Source of the DNA: Bacteroidaceae bacterium
Lineage (GTDB): Bacteria; Bacteroidota; Bacteroidia; Bacteroidales; Bacteroidaceae
Direction of reading: 5' to 3'
Assembly: GCA_045645225.1 (NCBI GenBank)
Contig: JAZRII010000010.1
Location: forward strand, 19,392 to 83,391
DNA length: 64,000 bases
Below the pieces are notes generated by a model that saw nothing but the letters and a program-made list of their open reading frames with translations, was not told the DNA's origin and ran no database searches. The position numbers were made by a program, and so were the translations under genes. Below, one piece after another: positions 37,171 to 47,468 of the stretch. Position 1 is the first letter of the stretch. Every line of letters begins with the position of its first letter.

Positions 37171-37905
37171 AAGCGTGAGATAGTCTGTCATGTCAAGTTT
37201 CAGTGGGGTGATGGCTGCCATGTCGTGGTCGATGGCCCAATAGTCGGTGTCGTCGGCGTCCGGTTCCAGATTGTTGAATGTGCCCGTGAGGGTGTAAATA
37301 TTTTTGCCTTCTTCGTCTGTGCCGGCATCCAGCCATTCTGTGTGCCACATGCCACGTGCCATTCTGCATATTTTCGCACCGGCGAGTTTCTTCACTTCGG
37401 GGAAGTTAATGTTCAGGCATGTGTCTTCGGGTAGTCCGTTGTGCAGGACTCTTTTTGCCCACTCCATGACAACTTCGGCATAAGGAGCAAAGTCGCATTC
37501 CTTCTTGTGTGTCCTCAGGCTGTATGCTATTGCAGGCACTCCCTTCATGCACGCTTCCAGTACGGCACCCACAGTGCCGCTGTAGTGCAGCGATATTGAG
37601 GCATTGTCGCCATGGTTTATGCCGCTTACAACAAGGTTGGGCTTGCAGGGGAGTATCTTTTCCAGTGCTATCTTCACGCAGTCCACTGGGGTTCCGGAGC
37701 AGGCATAGGTGTTGTCGTCTATTCTCTGGATGCTTACTGGGCACGTTGGTGTGATGCTGCAGCCCGCGCCGCTACGGGCGCTGTCGGGCGCCACAACAAC
37801 GATATCGCCGAGTTCGCGCATTAAGCCGGCAAGAAACTGTATGCCCTGTGCCTGATAGCCGTCATCGTTAGTGATAAGGATGGTTGGTCTGACTTTTGCT
37901 GTCAT
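37147..37905 (-). CDS. surE: 5'/3'-nucleotidase SurE
   Basis: Track start at 37929 is TTG; ATG 37903-37905 gives MTAKVRPTILITNDDG (SurE motif); last codons ...ERMSGER-TGA are encoded by the stutter repeat. Confidence 0.92.
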   Translation of the reverse strand: MTAKVRPTILITNDDGYQAQGIQFLAGLMRELGDIVVVAPDSARSGAGCSITPTCPVSIQRIDDNTYACSGTPVDCVKIALEKILPCKPNLVVSGINHGDNASISLHYSGTVGAVLEACMKGVPAIAYSLRTHKKECDFAPYAEVVMEWAKRVLHNGLPEDTCLNINFPEVKKLAGAKICRMARGMWHTEWLDAGTDEEGKNIYTLTGTFNNLEPDADDTDYWAIDHDMAAITPLKLDMTDYLTLERMSGER

Positions 37906-37987
37906 CTTTTTCTTTATTTTTGTTCGCAAAGGTAGTGCTTTTTGTATTTTAATACAAGTTTTACTTTGTCTTTTCCATGCTTTTGTG

Positions 37988-37995
37988 TATCTTTG
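37988..37995 (+). promoter_or_regulatory. -7 box TATCTTTG
   Basis: 29 nt upstream of ATG 38024. Confidence 0.5.
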
Positions 37996-38023
37996 TTCGC
38001 GAAATTATATAACAGAAAACCAA

Positions 38024-38797
38024 ATGGGTAAGATAATTGCTTTGGCCAACCAGAAGGGTGGCGTAGGTAAGACTACAACCAGTATGAATCTGGCAGCGTC
38101 GCTGGCAGCCCTGGAAAAGAAGGTGCTGCTGATAGATGCGGACCCTCAGGCCAATGCCTCCAGTGGTCTTGGCGTAGACAGCACTCAGGTGGATTGTACA
38201 ATATACAATTGTTTGATAGACCGGGTGGATGTGCGCGAGGCCATTTACAGTACGGATGTGGAGAACTTGGATATAATCCCCAGCCACATTGACCTTGTCG
38301 GGGCGGAAATAGAGATGCTGAACCGCAGCAACCGCGAACGGATTATGTTGGACATGCTTTCTCCCGTGGTTCAGGACTATGACTACATACTGATTGACTG
38401 CAGTCCTTCTCTGGGGTTGATTACTGTCAATGCCCTTACTGCAGCCAATAGTGTGATAATACCAGTGCAGTGCGAATATTTTGCGCTTGAGGGTATAAGC
38501 AAATTGCTCAACACTATCAAGATTATCAAGTCCAAACTGAATCCTCAGTTGGAGATTGAGGGCTTCCTGCTGACGATGTATGACAGCCGTCTGCGCCTGG
38601 CCAACCAGATTTACGACGAGGTGAAGCGTCATTTCCGTGAACTGGTGTTCCGTACGGTTATCCAGCGTAATGTGAAGTTGTCCGAGGCGCCCAGTCATGG
38701 TTTGCCGGTGCTCCATTACGATGTTGATTCGGCTGGTGCAAGGAACCATCTTGCATTGGCTCAGGAGATAATCGAGAAGAACGAGAAGCAGAAATAA
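38024..38797 (+). CDS. parA: Chromosome partitioning ATPase ParA/Soj
   Basis: Trimmed from GTG 37871 to ATG 38024 (MGKIIALANQKGGVGKTT deviant Walker A). Confidence 0.93.
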   Translation: MGKIIALANQKGGVGKTTTSMNLAASLAALEKKVLLIDADPQANASSGLGVDSTQVDCTIYNCLIDRVDVREAIYSTDVENLDIIPSHIDLVGAEIEMLNRSNRERIMLDMLSPVVQDYDYILIDCSPSLGLITVNALTAANSVIIPVQCEYFALEGISKLLNTIKIIKSKLNPQLEIEGFLLTMYDSRLRLANQIYDEVKRHFRELVFRTVIQRNVKLSEAPSHGLPVLHYDVDSAGARNHLALAQEIIEKNEKQK

Positions 38798-38812
38798 CCA
38801 TTCGAAAGAAAA

Positions 38813-39703
38813 ATGGCAGTAAAGAAAAAATATACGGCCCTTGGACGTGGGCTTGATGCGCTCATTAGCACGGAAAAGGTGAATACGGCCGGGTCGGGCA
38901 GTATCAATGAAATAGCAGTCGGGCAGATTATACCCAATCCCAACCAGCCGCGCAGAGAGTTTGACCCTGTGGCTTTGCAGGAACTGTCCGACAGTATCCG
39001 CGAACTGGGTATAGTTCAGCCAATCACCTTGCGCGACCAAGGCGACGGCACCTATCTCATCATTGCTGGCGAACGCCGTTGGAGGGCAAGCCAGATGGCG
39101 GGCCTCACGCATATTCCGGCGTATGTCCGTACCGTGGACGACGAGAACATGATGGAGATGGCCCTCATCGAGAACATACAGCGCGAGGACCTGAATGCAT
39201 TGGAAATAGCATTGGCATACCAGCATTTGCTGGAACAGTATAATCTGACACAGGAACGTCTTTCGGAAAGGGTGGGCAAGAACCGCAGCACCATCACCAA
39301 TTATCTGCGCCTGCTGAAATTGCCCGCTACCATACAGATGGGACTCAAGGACCGCCGTCTGGAGATGGGACATGCCCGTGCGCTGCTGGCAATAGATGAC
39401 CCCAAACTGCAGATCCGTGCCTATAACGAAATCGTTGAGAATGGTCTCAGTGTGCACAAGGTGGAGGAGATGGTAAAGGAACTTTCCGAGGGAGGTTCGG
39501 TCAAGACTTCCAGCGGACGACTGAAGGGAGCGCCTTCCAAGTCGTACGAAGAGTATGGCATACTTAGGGAAAGCCTGTCCAGATTCTTCCAGACAAAGGT
39601 GCAGCTTACATGCTCCGACAAGGGAAAGGGCAAGATTGTCATACCCTTTGCCAACGAGAGGGAGATGGAGAGGATAATTGAAATACTGGACAGACTGAAG
39701 TGA
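38813..39703 (+). CDS. parB: Chromosome partitioning protein ParB/Spo0J
   Basis: ParB box IIAGERRWRA, HTH region. Confidence 0.93.
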   Translation: MAVKKKYTALGRGLDALISTEKVNTAGSGSINEIAVGQIIPNPNQPRREFDPVALQELSDSIRELGIVQPITLRDQGDGTYLIIAGERRWRASQMAGLTHIPAYVRTVDDENMMEMALIENIQREDLNALEIALAYQHLLEQYNLTQERLSERVGKNRSTITNYLRLLKLPATIQMGLKDRRLEMGHARALLAIDDPKLQIRAYNEIVENGLSVHKVEEMVKELSEGGSVKTSSGRLKGAPSKSYEEYGILRESLSRFFQTKVQLTCSDKGKGKIVIPFANEREMERIIEILDRLK

Positions 39704-40485
39704 GCGTGGCAAGATTATACCTAAAGGTTGTTCTGCTGCTAACATTCATCTTCTCATTTGCGTGTCAGGATGTGATGTCGCAGGAGCGGGTAGAAGTCAG
39801 TCCGGAACGCCCCCAGCGTCTGGATTCGCTCGAGGTGATGCTTCCGCAGGATTCTGCCGTTGCGGCAGAGAAGGTGGTTTCGGACAGGGAACTTGTCTCT
39901 CGCGATACGACAATTGTCCTGTATGCCGACTCCTTGCAAAAGGCGGTGGCCGATACGTTGGACCTGAGCCGTTTCGATAACTGGAGACCAGACCCCATTA
40001 GGGCCATGTGGCTGGCAATGGTGGTTCCCGGTGGCGGACAGATATACAACCGTAAGTTCTGGAAACTGCCCATCGTCTATGGCGGTGTCGTTGGCTGTAT
40101 CTATGCCGTAAGCTGGAACTCGCAGATGCTGAGGGACTATTCTCAGGCATACCAGGACATAATGGACAGCGACCCCACTACCAATAGTCACCTCGAGATG
40201 CTTCCTCTGGGGTATGACATAACAGGACGTGAGGAGCACTTCAAGTCTGTGTTCAAGAGAAAGAAGGACTTCTACAGACGCTATAGGGACTTGAGCATAT
40301 TCTGCATCGCAGGCGTGTACCTGCTGAGCATAATCGATGCATATGTCGACGCAGAACTCAGTACATTCGATATCGGAACCGACCTTTCTCTTAGCATATC
40401 GCCAGGCATGATTCCGTCTGGTTCGGGAAACAGTATTGCACCATTGGGAAGTGCTCCGGGTGTGACATTTCAGTTTAATTATTAA
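39700..40485 (+). CDS. DUF5683-like membrane protein
   Basis: GTG start overlapping the parB stop (GTGA); block AMVVPGGGQIYNRKFWKLPIVYGG typical of the family that follows parB in Bacteroidetes (from memory). Confidence 0.7.
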   Translation: MSVARLYLKVVLLLTFIFSFACQDVMSQERVEVSPERPQRLDSLEVMLPQDSAVAAEKVVSDRELVSRDTTIVLYADSLQKAVADTLDLSRFDNWRPDPIRAMWLAMVVPGGGQIYNRKFWKLPIVYGGVVGCIYAVSWNSQMLRDYSQAYQDIMDSDPTTNSHLEMLPLGYDITGREEHFKSVFKRKKDFYRRYRDLSIFCIAGVYLLSIIDAYVDAELSTFDIGTDLSLSISPGMIPSGSGNSIAPLGSAPGVTFQFNY

Positions 40486-40499
40486 ATCGCAACAAGTCT

Positions 40500-41759
40500 A
40501 TGAATAAATATCTATCAATACTCCTGCTTTCAGTTATGGCAATCTCTGCCTCAGCGCAGAAGGATATTACCGTTTTTGACGAGAATACCGGAAAGGAGGA
40601 GACCATAAGCCTGCCGGAAGGCATGCTTCAGGAGGAACTGGACAGTATGATGCGCCAGTGGTGCGCCCGTACCTATCTGACATACGACAGCGCTTCTTGC
40701 GAGAGTACAGGTGAGGATATCCAGTGCGAACCGGAAGAGTATATACGCCGTTTGCAGAACCTGCCCAATGTGATAGAGATGCCCTATAACTCCGTGGTGC
40801 GCCAGTTCATAGACCAATATACAGGCCGTTTGCGCCGCCATGTGGCAATAATGCTTGGGGCAAGCAATTTCTATATACCCATTTTCGAGGATGCCCTCGA
40901 GGCATACCAGCTTCCTCTGGAACTGAAATACCTGCCAATCATAGAGAGCGCACTGAATCCCGGTGCTACCAGTCGCGTGGGAGCAGGAGGCCTGTGGCAG
41001 TTCATGCTCACTACGGGCAAGCGTTACGACCTTGAGGTTACCAGTCTCATTGACGAACGCCGCGACCCCATCAAGTCCAGTTATGCCGCTGCACGCATGC
41101 TCAGCGGTCTTTACGAGATATTTGGCGACTGGACTCTTGTTATAGCGGCCTACAATTGCGGACCAGGCAATGTCAGCAAGGCCATCAAGCGTGCTGGCGG
41201 AGAGCGCGACTACTGGAAAATCTATCCCTATTTGCCACAGGAGACACGTGGCTATGTTCCTGCCTTCATTGCAGCAAACTATGTGATGAACTACTATTGC
41301 GAGCACAATATATGCCCGGCTTCTACCCGTTTGCCAATGGGAACCGACACTATTGTGGTGAACCGTGACGTGTATCTGGAGCAGGTAAGCGACTTGTGCG
41401 GCATTTCCATGGACGAACTGAAGGCTCTGAATCCCCAGTACCGTACTACCAAGGTTCCAGGTGCAGCGGCTCCGTGCACTCTGCGTATGCCCATAGAGGC
41501 CATCAACGCCTTTATCGAGAGCGGAGACAGTGTCTATACCCACCGCCTTGAAGAACTGAACAAGCGCCGTTCTGTGGTGCAGGTTAGTGAAAAGGCAGTC
41601 GCTAAGGGCACAAAGGGCGCCAAGACAGTAACGGTACGAAGCGGTGACACACTTGGCTCCATAGCAAAGCGCAATGGTACTACAATAGCAAAGATAAAGA
41701 AATTGAATGGCATGAAGAACGATGTCATTCGTGTAGGACAGAAGCTTCGTGTAAGATAA
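40500..41759 (+). CDS. Lytic transglycosylase (SLT domain) with C-terminal LysM
   Basis: Signal peptide; IIESALNP...GAGGLWQFM catalytic block; LysM VTVRSGDTLGSIAKRNGTTIAKIKKLN. Confidence 0.87.
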   Translation: MNKYLSILLLSVMAISASAQKDITVFDENTGKEETISLPEGMLQEELDSMMRQWCARTYLTYDSASCESTGEDIQCEPEEYIRRLQNLPNVIEMPYNSVVRQFIDQYTGRLRRHVAIMLGASNFYIPIFEDALEAYQLPLELKYLPIIESALNPGATSRVGAGGLWQFMLTTGKRYDLEVTSLIDERRDPIKSSYAAARMLSGLYEIFGDWTLVIAAYNCGPGNVSKAIKRAGGERDYWKIYPYLPQETRGYVPAFIAANYVMNYYCEHNICPASTRLPMGTDTIVVNRDVYLEQVSDLCGISMDELKALNPQYRTTKVPGAAAPCTLRMPIEAINAFIESGDSVYTHRLEELNKRRSVVQVSEKAVAKGTKGAKTVTVRSGDTLGSIAKRNGTTIAKIKKLNGMKNDVIRVGQKLRVR

Positions 41760-41770
41760 TACTTGCCCTT

Positions 41771-43990
41771 ATGCAGGACGACAAGATGATACAGGAGGCG
41801 TACGAGCGCCTCATTGATACATATCTGGCTTCTCCCCATCGCAAGAAGGTGGATGTCATCGAGAAGGCTTTCAAGTTCGCCCGCCAGGCGCATCAAGGCG
41901 TGCGTCGTCTTTCCGGCGAGCCATATATCATGCATCCGCTTTCCGTGGCACAGATAGTGTGTGGCGAGATAGGTCTGGGCAGTACCAGTATCTGCGCAGC
42001 CCTGCTGCACGATGTGGTGGAGGATACCGACTACACCGTAGAGGACATCCATAATATCTTCGGGCCAAAGATAGCGCAGATTGTGGATGGCGTTACCAAG
42101 ATCAGCGGAGGTATCTTCGGTAATCAGGCATCGGCGCAGGCGGAAACCTTCAAGAAGCTGTTGCTGACGATGAGCGATGACATCCGCGTTATTCTGATAA
42201 AGATCAGCGACCGCCTGCACAACATGCGCACACTGGGCAGTCAGTTGCCTGCCAAGCAGTATAAGATAACAGGTGAGACACTTTACATATATGCTCCACT
42301 GGCAAACCGTCTGGGACTAAACAAGATAAAGGAAGAACTCGAGGACCTGTCCTTCCGCTACGAACAGCCAGAGCAGTATGCCATCATCAGCGGGCGCCTG
42401 TCGGAGGTAAGAGGGCATCTTCAGGAGGTGTTCGATGAATTTACCGCTCCCATCCGCGAACGCCTGGATCAGACGGAGCTGAAATACGAGATAAAGGCTC
42501 GAATAAAGACTCCGTACAGTATCTGGCGCAAGATGCAGACCAAGCACGTTACTCTTGATGAGGTGTACGACATCCTTGCTGCACGTATCGTGTTTGAAGG
42601 TGATGGGCAATCGGAGACGGAGATAACCGACTGCTGGCGAGTCTATGCCATAGCCACGAATATCTATAAGCCGCATCCTGAGCGTTTGCGCGACTGGTTG
42701 TCACATCCTAAAGCCAATGGCTATCAGGCCTTGCAGACCACGCTGATGAGCAGAAACGGCCGCTGGATAGAGTTGCAGATCCGCTCGCGCCGCATGGACG
42801 ATATTGCCGAACAGGGTTTTGCCGCACATTGGAAGTACAAGGACGGCAGCAAGACCCGCCAGGACAGCGAGAACGAACTGGACCGCTGGCTTTCCACCAT
42901 CAAGGAGATTTTGGACGATCCGCAGCCCAATGCCATGGACTTCCTGGATGCCATTAAGCTGAACCTTTATGCCAGCGAGATTTTTGTGGTAACTCCCAAG
43001 GGCGAGTTCAAGACAATGCCTTCGGGCTGTACTGTTCTTGACTTTGCTTTCAGTGTGCATTCCACTCTCGGCACGCATTGTATCGGCGCCAAAGTGAACC
43101 ATCGTCTTGTCCCTTTGTCCCATCGTCTCGAGAGCGGCGATCAGGTGGAGGTTCTTACGGGACGCAATGTGCAGGTCGTTCCGGAATGGATGAACCATGT
43201 TACTACCGCCAAGGCGCAGACCAAGATACAGGCCATACTGCGTCGCCAGCAGCGTCAGTTACAGAAGGAGGGCGAGGAGATGTTGCAGGAATTCCTGCGA
43301 AGCAATGACTTGCCCATGGATGGCGGTACGATGGATCGGCTGTGCCTCTTTTATCATGTTGAAACGCGCGAACAGCTGTTTGCCAAGATTGCAGGCCGCA
43401 CTGCCGTTCTTGGTGAGGACACATTGCGCCATTTGCACAACAAGTCCTCCAAGCGCAGGTGGAGGCGTTTTATTCCTTTCCTTAAGAGCGACGATACAGC
43501 CCAGCAACAGTCACAATCGGTAGAGGTGCCTTCCCTGGACAAGAAAAAGGTATTGCTGCTTGATGAGGACACTATTTCCAAATATCTTATATGTGAACAC
43601 TGCCGTCCGATTCCTGGCGACGATGTGCTTGCCTTCCAGTCCCGCGAAGGGTATGTTACCATACACAAGCGTCAGTGTTCATCGCTCGACAGACTCAAGG
43701 CTGTAGAGGGGAACAGCATCCTGGCTGCCACCTGGGATACCCATAAGGTGTTGTGCTTCCCTGCCGTCCTGAATGTTGAGGGCATAGACCGTGTGGGCGT
43801 TCTGCACCAGATGACGGGTATCCTGTCGCAGCAGATGAACCTGAATATTTCACGTCTTAATGTCCAGACCAATGATGGCATTTTCTCTGCCGAGATAGTG
43901 ATGGAAGTGCATGATCTCCAGGATCTGCAAAGTATCATCCGCGACCTGAAGAAGATAAAGGAAATAAAGAAAGTTGTTAGAACCGACTGA
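41771..43990 (+). CDS. relA: Bifunctional (p)ppGpp synthetase/hydrolase, RelA/SpoT homologue
   Basis: HD hydrolase motif HDVVEDT, synthetase region, TGS and ACT-like C-terminus; 739 aa. Confidence 0.93.
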   Translation: MQDDKMIQEAYERLIDTYLASPHRKKVDVIEKAFKFARQAHQGVRRLSGEPYIMHPLSVAQIVCGEIGLGSTSICAALLHDVVEDTDYTVEDIHNIFGPKIAQIVDGVTKISGGIFGNQASAQAETFKKLLLTMSDDIRVILIKISDRLHNMRTLGSQLPAKQYKITGETLYIYAPLANRLGLNKIKEELEDLSFRYEQPEQYAIISGRLSEVRGHLQEVFDEFTAPIRERLDQTELKYEIKARIKTPYSIWRKMQTKHVTLDEVYDILAARIVFEGDGQSETEITDCWRVYAIATNIYKPHPERLRDWLSHPKANGYQALQTTLMSRNGRWIELQIRSRRMDDIAEQGFAAHWKYKDGSKTRQDSENELDRWLSTIKEILDDPQPNAMDFLDAIKLNLYASEIFVVTPKGEFKTMPSGCTVLDFAFSVHSTLGTHCIGAKVNHRLVPLSHRLESGDQVEVLTGRNVQVVPEWMNHVTTAKAQTKIQAILRRQQRQLQKEGEEMLQEFLRSNDLPMDGGTMDRLCLFYHVETREQLFAKIAGRTAVLGEDTLRHLHNKSSKRRWRRFIPFLKSDDTAQQQSQSVEVPSLDKKKVLLLDEDTISKYLICEHCRPIPGDDVLAFQSREGYVTIHKRQCSSLDRLKAVEGNSILAATWDTHKVLCFPAVLNVEGIDRVGVLHQMTGILSQQMNLNISRLNVQTNDGIFSAEIVMEVHDLQDLQSIIRDLKKIKEIKKVVRTD

Positions 43991-44054
43991 GAAAACGGAA
44001 AGGTGAAAACGGAAAATGGAATTCCATTACTCCCCGTTTTCACCTTTCCGTTTC
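43991..44054. terminator. Long bidirectional hairpin built from GGAAAACGG-word repeats
   Basis: About 20-bp stem GAAAACGGAAAGGTGAAAACGG / CCGTTTTCACCTTTCCGTTTC with palindrome AATGGAATTCCATT in the loop; between the convergent RelA/SpoT homologue gene and merR-family genes. Confidence 0.75.
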
Positions 44055-44076
44055 CCGTTTTCCGTTTTCCGTTCCT

Positions 44077-44424
44077 CTACGCCAGATTGTTCAGTTCCTT
44101 GCGCAGTGCTACCAGTTCTTCGCGCAGGTTCTGCAGTTCGTTAATGATGGCAGATGTGTCGCCGGCTCCTTTCTTGTTTTTAGAAAGGATTTCCTTGGCG
44201 GCGTTCAGTTTCATGCCACGCACCTTTACCAGATTGTAAACCACACGTATTTCTTCTATGTCGGCTTGGGTGTACTGGCGCACGTTGTTTCCGCTTTTCT
44301 TGGGGTGGATGTTGGGGAACTGCTTTTCCCAGAAACGCAACAGAGACTCTGCAACACCGAATTGGGCTGCAACTTCAGATATACTATAGTATAACTTCAA
44401 ATCAGGATTCGTGTTCAGACTCAT
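44077..44424 (-). CDS. MerR-family transcriptional regulator
   Basis: N-terminal HTH YSISEVAAQFGVAESLLRFWEK, C-terminal coiled coil. Confidence 0.85.
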   Translation of the reverse strand: MSLNTNPDLKLYYSISEVAAQFGVAESLLRFWEKQFPNIHPKKSGNNVRQYTQADIEEIRVVYNLVKVRGMKLNAAKEILSKNKKGAGDTSAIINELQNLREELVALRKELNNLA

Positions 44425-44482
44425 ACTGCCAGCGTGTGAATGTTTTGGTTTACAGTGAGGTAATTATTTGTTTAAAACTTTG

Positions 44483-44490
44483 CAAAGTTA
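44483..44490 (-). promoter_or_regulatory. -7 box TAACTTTG (minus strand)
   Basis: Plus strand CAAAGTTA upstream of ATG 44424. Confidence 0.45.
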
Positions 44491-44502
44491 ACTAAAACGG
44501 AG

Positions 44503-44510
44503 TATCTTTG
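44503..44510 (+). promoter_or_regulatory. -7 box TATCTTTG
   Basis: 69 nt upstream of ATG 44579. Confidence 0.5.
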
Positions 44511-44578
44511 CAAAGTTTTTCGGAAGAAAGTGTCCGAAGGACAAGATATTTGCAAATAATCAATACAATACAAGCAAT

Positions 44579-47221
44579 ATGATGACAGCTAATGAAATCC
44601 GCGACTCGTACAAGAAGTACTTCGAGTCCAAGGGTCACCTCATCGTTCCTTCTGCACCTATGGTGGTGAAGGACGACCCCACGCTGATGTTCACCAATGC
44701 CGGCATGAACCAGTGGAAGGATATAATTCTGGGTACTCGCGACCCCGAACCTCGCCGTCGTGCCGATACTCAGAAGTGTCTGCGCGTCAGTGGCAAGCAT
44801 AACGATCTGGAGGAGGTTGGTCATGACACCTACCACCACACCATGTTCGAGATGCTCGGCAACTGGAGTTTCGGCGACTATTTCAAGGAGGGTGCCATTG
44901 ATATGGCATGGGAATACCTCGTTGATGTTCTTAAGCTGAATCCTGCCGACCTTTACGTTACTGTTTTCGAAGGTGACGCCAGCGAGAACCTTTCACGCGA
45001 CGACGAGGCTGCAAGCTTCTGGCTCAAGCATGTTCCTGCCGACCACATCATAAACGGCAACAAGCACGACAATTTCTGGGAGATGGGCGATACAGGTCCC
45101 TGCGGCCCTTGTTCCGAGATTCATCTGGACAGCCGTTCTGCTGAGGAGAAGGCAAAGGTGCCCGGACGTGAGCTTGTCAACAAGGACGACCCACAGGTCA
45201 TCGAGATATGGAACATCGTGTTCATGCAGTTCGAGCGCAAGGCCGACGGTCACCTCGAACCCCTTGGCATGAATGTAATCGATACCGGTATGGGCTTCGA
45301 GCGTCTGGTGCGTGCCATCCAGGGCAAGCAGTCTAACTACGACACAGACATCTTCCAGCCCATCATCAAGGCCTTGGCCGAGAAGACTGGCATCCCCTAT
45401 GGCCAGAGTGAGAAGACCGATATCGCCATGCGTGTTATCGTAGACCACCTGCGTGCCATCTCCTTCAGCATTGCCGACGGTCAGCTGCCCTCCAATGCCA
45501 AGGCCGGTTACGTTATCCGCCGCATCCTGCGCCGTGCAGTGCGTTACGGCTATACTTTCCTGGGTCAGAAGCAGGCATTCATGTACACCCTCGTTCCCAC
45601 TCTGGCACAGGAGATGGGCGGTGCCTTCCCCGAACTCGTAGGACAGAAGGACTTCATCATGAAGGTTATGAAGGAGGAGGAGGACAGTTTCCTGCGCACT
45701 CTGGAGAATGGTATCCGTCTGCTCAACGGCGTTATCGAGGAGACTCGTGCCGCTGGCAAGTCAGAAATCGCCGGTGAGAAGGCGTTCACCCTGTTTGACA
45801 CCTTTGGCTTCCCCTTGGACCTGACCGAACTTATCTGCCGCGAAAACGGCATGACCGTGGACGAGGCTGGTTTCAATGCCGAGATGGAGAAGCAGAAGGC
45901 ACGTGCCCGCAACGCTGCTCAGGTGGAGATGGGCGACTGGCACATCGTTGGCGAGACCGAGGAACTTGCCGGCGAGGAACTCAGCACCTTCGTTGGATAT
46001 GATTATACAGAATACAGCTGCCGCATCGTCAAGTACCGCGAGGTGAAGCAGAAGAAGGGCGTTGTCTATGAGGCTATCCTCAACCAGACTCCTTTCTATG
46101 GCGAGATGGGCGGTGAGGTAGGCGATACCGGTGTGCTCGTAAACGACGAGGAGACCATCCGCGTGCTCGACACCAAGAAGGAGAACGGCGTTTCCGTTCA
46201 CCTGCTGGAGCGCATCCCCACCAATCCCGAGGCTGAATTCATGGCTTGCGTCGATGTGGAGCGCCGTCGTGCCACCGAGGCCAACCACACCTGTACCCAC
46301 CTGTTGGACGAGGCTCTGCGCACCGTTCTGGGCGAGCACGTTGAGCAGAAGGGTTCTCTGGTAACTCCCGACTACCTGCGCTTCGACTTCTCGCACTTCG
46401 AGAAGGTTACTCCCGAGCAGATTCGTGAGGTTGAGCATCTGGTCAACGAACGTATCCGTGAGGACCTGCCCCTTCAGGAATACCGCGACACTCCCATGGA
46501 GGAGGCAAAGAAACTGGGTGCCATTGCCCTCTTCGGCGAGAAGTATGGCGACAAGGTTCGTGTAGTTCAGTTCGGTTCCAGCGTTGAGTTCTGTGGCGGT
46601 TGCCATGCCCAGAGCACAGGCCGTATCGGTATGGTCCGCATCGTCAGCGAGAGCAGTGTTGCAGCAGGTGTTCGCCGCATAGAGGCTGTTACCGGCCGTG
46701 CCGTGGAGGAGATGATGGACAAGCAGCAGGATATGGTTGCAGAACTCCGCGCTCTCTTCAACAACGTTCCCGACCTCATCACCACCGTACGCCGTGCCAT
46801 TGACGATAATGCCGGTTTGCGCAAGCAGGTAGACGAGTTCAAGGCACAGCAGGCTCTCCAGTTCAAGAAGGAACTTATCGAGAAGGCTCACGAGGTGAAG
46901 GGCATCAAGGTAATTCAAGGCGTTCTGAACATCGACACCCAGAATGCCAAGGATATGGCTTTCCAGTTGCGTGGCCAGTTCACAGAGAAACTGCTTGTTG
47001 TTATCGGTGGTCTCTGCGAAGGCAAGCCTTCTCTCACCGTAAGCCTTTCCGACGACCTCGTTGCTGCAGGTCTGAATGCCGGCAAACTGGTACGCGAGGC
47101 AGGTCGCCTCATCCAGGGTGGTGGCGGTGGTCAGGCTCACTTCGCCACAGCAGGCGGCAAGGATTCCGATGGCATCGTAGCTGCAGTGACCAAGGTAATC
47201 GAACTGGCAACAGCCGAGTAA
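44579..47221 (+). CDS. alaS: Alanine--tRNA ligase
   Basis: 880 aa; FTNAGM and [18 protein letters not shown] class II blocks, editing-domain HxxxH/CxxxH ([14 protein letters not shown]). Confidence 0.97.
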   Translation: MMTANEIRDSYKKYFESKGHLIVPSAPMVVKDDPTLMFTNAGMNQWKDIILGTRDPEPRRRADTQKCLRVSGKHNDLEEVGHDTYHHTMFEMLGNWSFGDYFKEGAIDMAWEYLVDVLKLNPADLYVTVFEGDASENLSRDDEAASFWLKHVPADHIINGNKHDNFWEMGDTGPCGPCSEIHLDSRSAEEKAKVPGRELVNKDDPQVIEIWNIVFMQFERKADGHLEPLGMNVIDTGMGFERLVRAIQGKQSNYDTDIFQPIIKALAEKTGIPYGQSEKTDIAMRVIVDHLRAISFSIADGQLPSNAKAGYVIRRILRRAVRYGYTFLGQKQAFMYTLVPTLAQEMGGAFPELVGQKDFIMKVMKEEEDSFLRTLENGIRLLNGVIEETRAAGKSEIAGEKAFTLFDTFGFPLDLTELICRENGMTVDEAGFNAEMEKQKARARNAAQVEMGDWHIVGETEELAGEELSTFVGYDYTEYSCRIVKYREVKQKKGVVYEAILNQTPFYGEMGGEVGDTGVLVNDEETIRVLDTKKENGVSVHLLERIPTNPEAEFMACVDVERRRATEANHTCTHLLDEALRTVLGEHVEQKGSLVTPDYLRFDFSHFEKVTPEQIREVEHLVNERIREDLPLQEYRDTPMEEAKKLGAIALFGEKYGDKVRVVQFGSSVEFCGGCHAQSTGRIGMVRIVSESSVAAGVRRIEAVTGRAVEEMMDKQQDMVAELRALFNNVPDLITTVRRAIDDNAGLRKQVDEFKAQQALQFKKELIEKAHEVKGIKVIQGVLNIDTQNAKDMAFQLRGQFTEKLLVVIGGLCEGKPSLTVSLSDDLVAAGLNAGKLVREAGRLIQGGGGGQAHFATAGGKDSDGIVAAVTKVIELATAE

Positions 47222-47249
47222 GCATACATTATATATATATTATACACGC

Positions 47250-47283
47250 GCGAGGCGGCAGATTTCAGATTCTGCCGCCTCGC
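47250..47283 (+). terminator. Rho-independent terminator of alaS
   Basis: 13-bp stem GCGAGGCGGCAGA / TCTGCCGCCTCGC, 8-nt loop, T-rich tail. Confidence 0.8.
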
Positions 47284-47347
47284 TGTTGTTTATGTTGGAA
47301 ATTGGTATTAGCGCTAATCCGCTCCCTCGCTCACCGCGCCAGCTAAC

Positions 47348-47397
47348 TGTCCCCCTGAGACAGGGGCGACGAGTCCAAAGGGCGGAGAGGGTGGATA
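47348..47397 (+). repeat. Core repeat copy b (most diverged)
   Basis: TGTCCCCCTGAGACAGGGGCGACGAGTCCAAAGGGCGGAGAGGGTGGATA, TAACTG prefix. Confidence 0.8.
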
Positions 47398-47400
47398 ATC

Positions 47401-47465
47401 ACCCACTAACCGCTCACCGTTAACCGCTCACCGTTAACCGTTAACCGCTTTCCCCTTTCCGTTCG
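47401..47465 (+). repeat. CCGCTCACCG/TTAACCG-word stutter
   Basis: acccactaaccgctcaccgttaaccgctcaccgttaaccgttaaccgctttcccctttccgttcg. Confidence 0.8.
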
Positions 47466-47468
47466 CTC

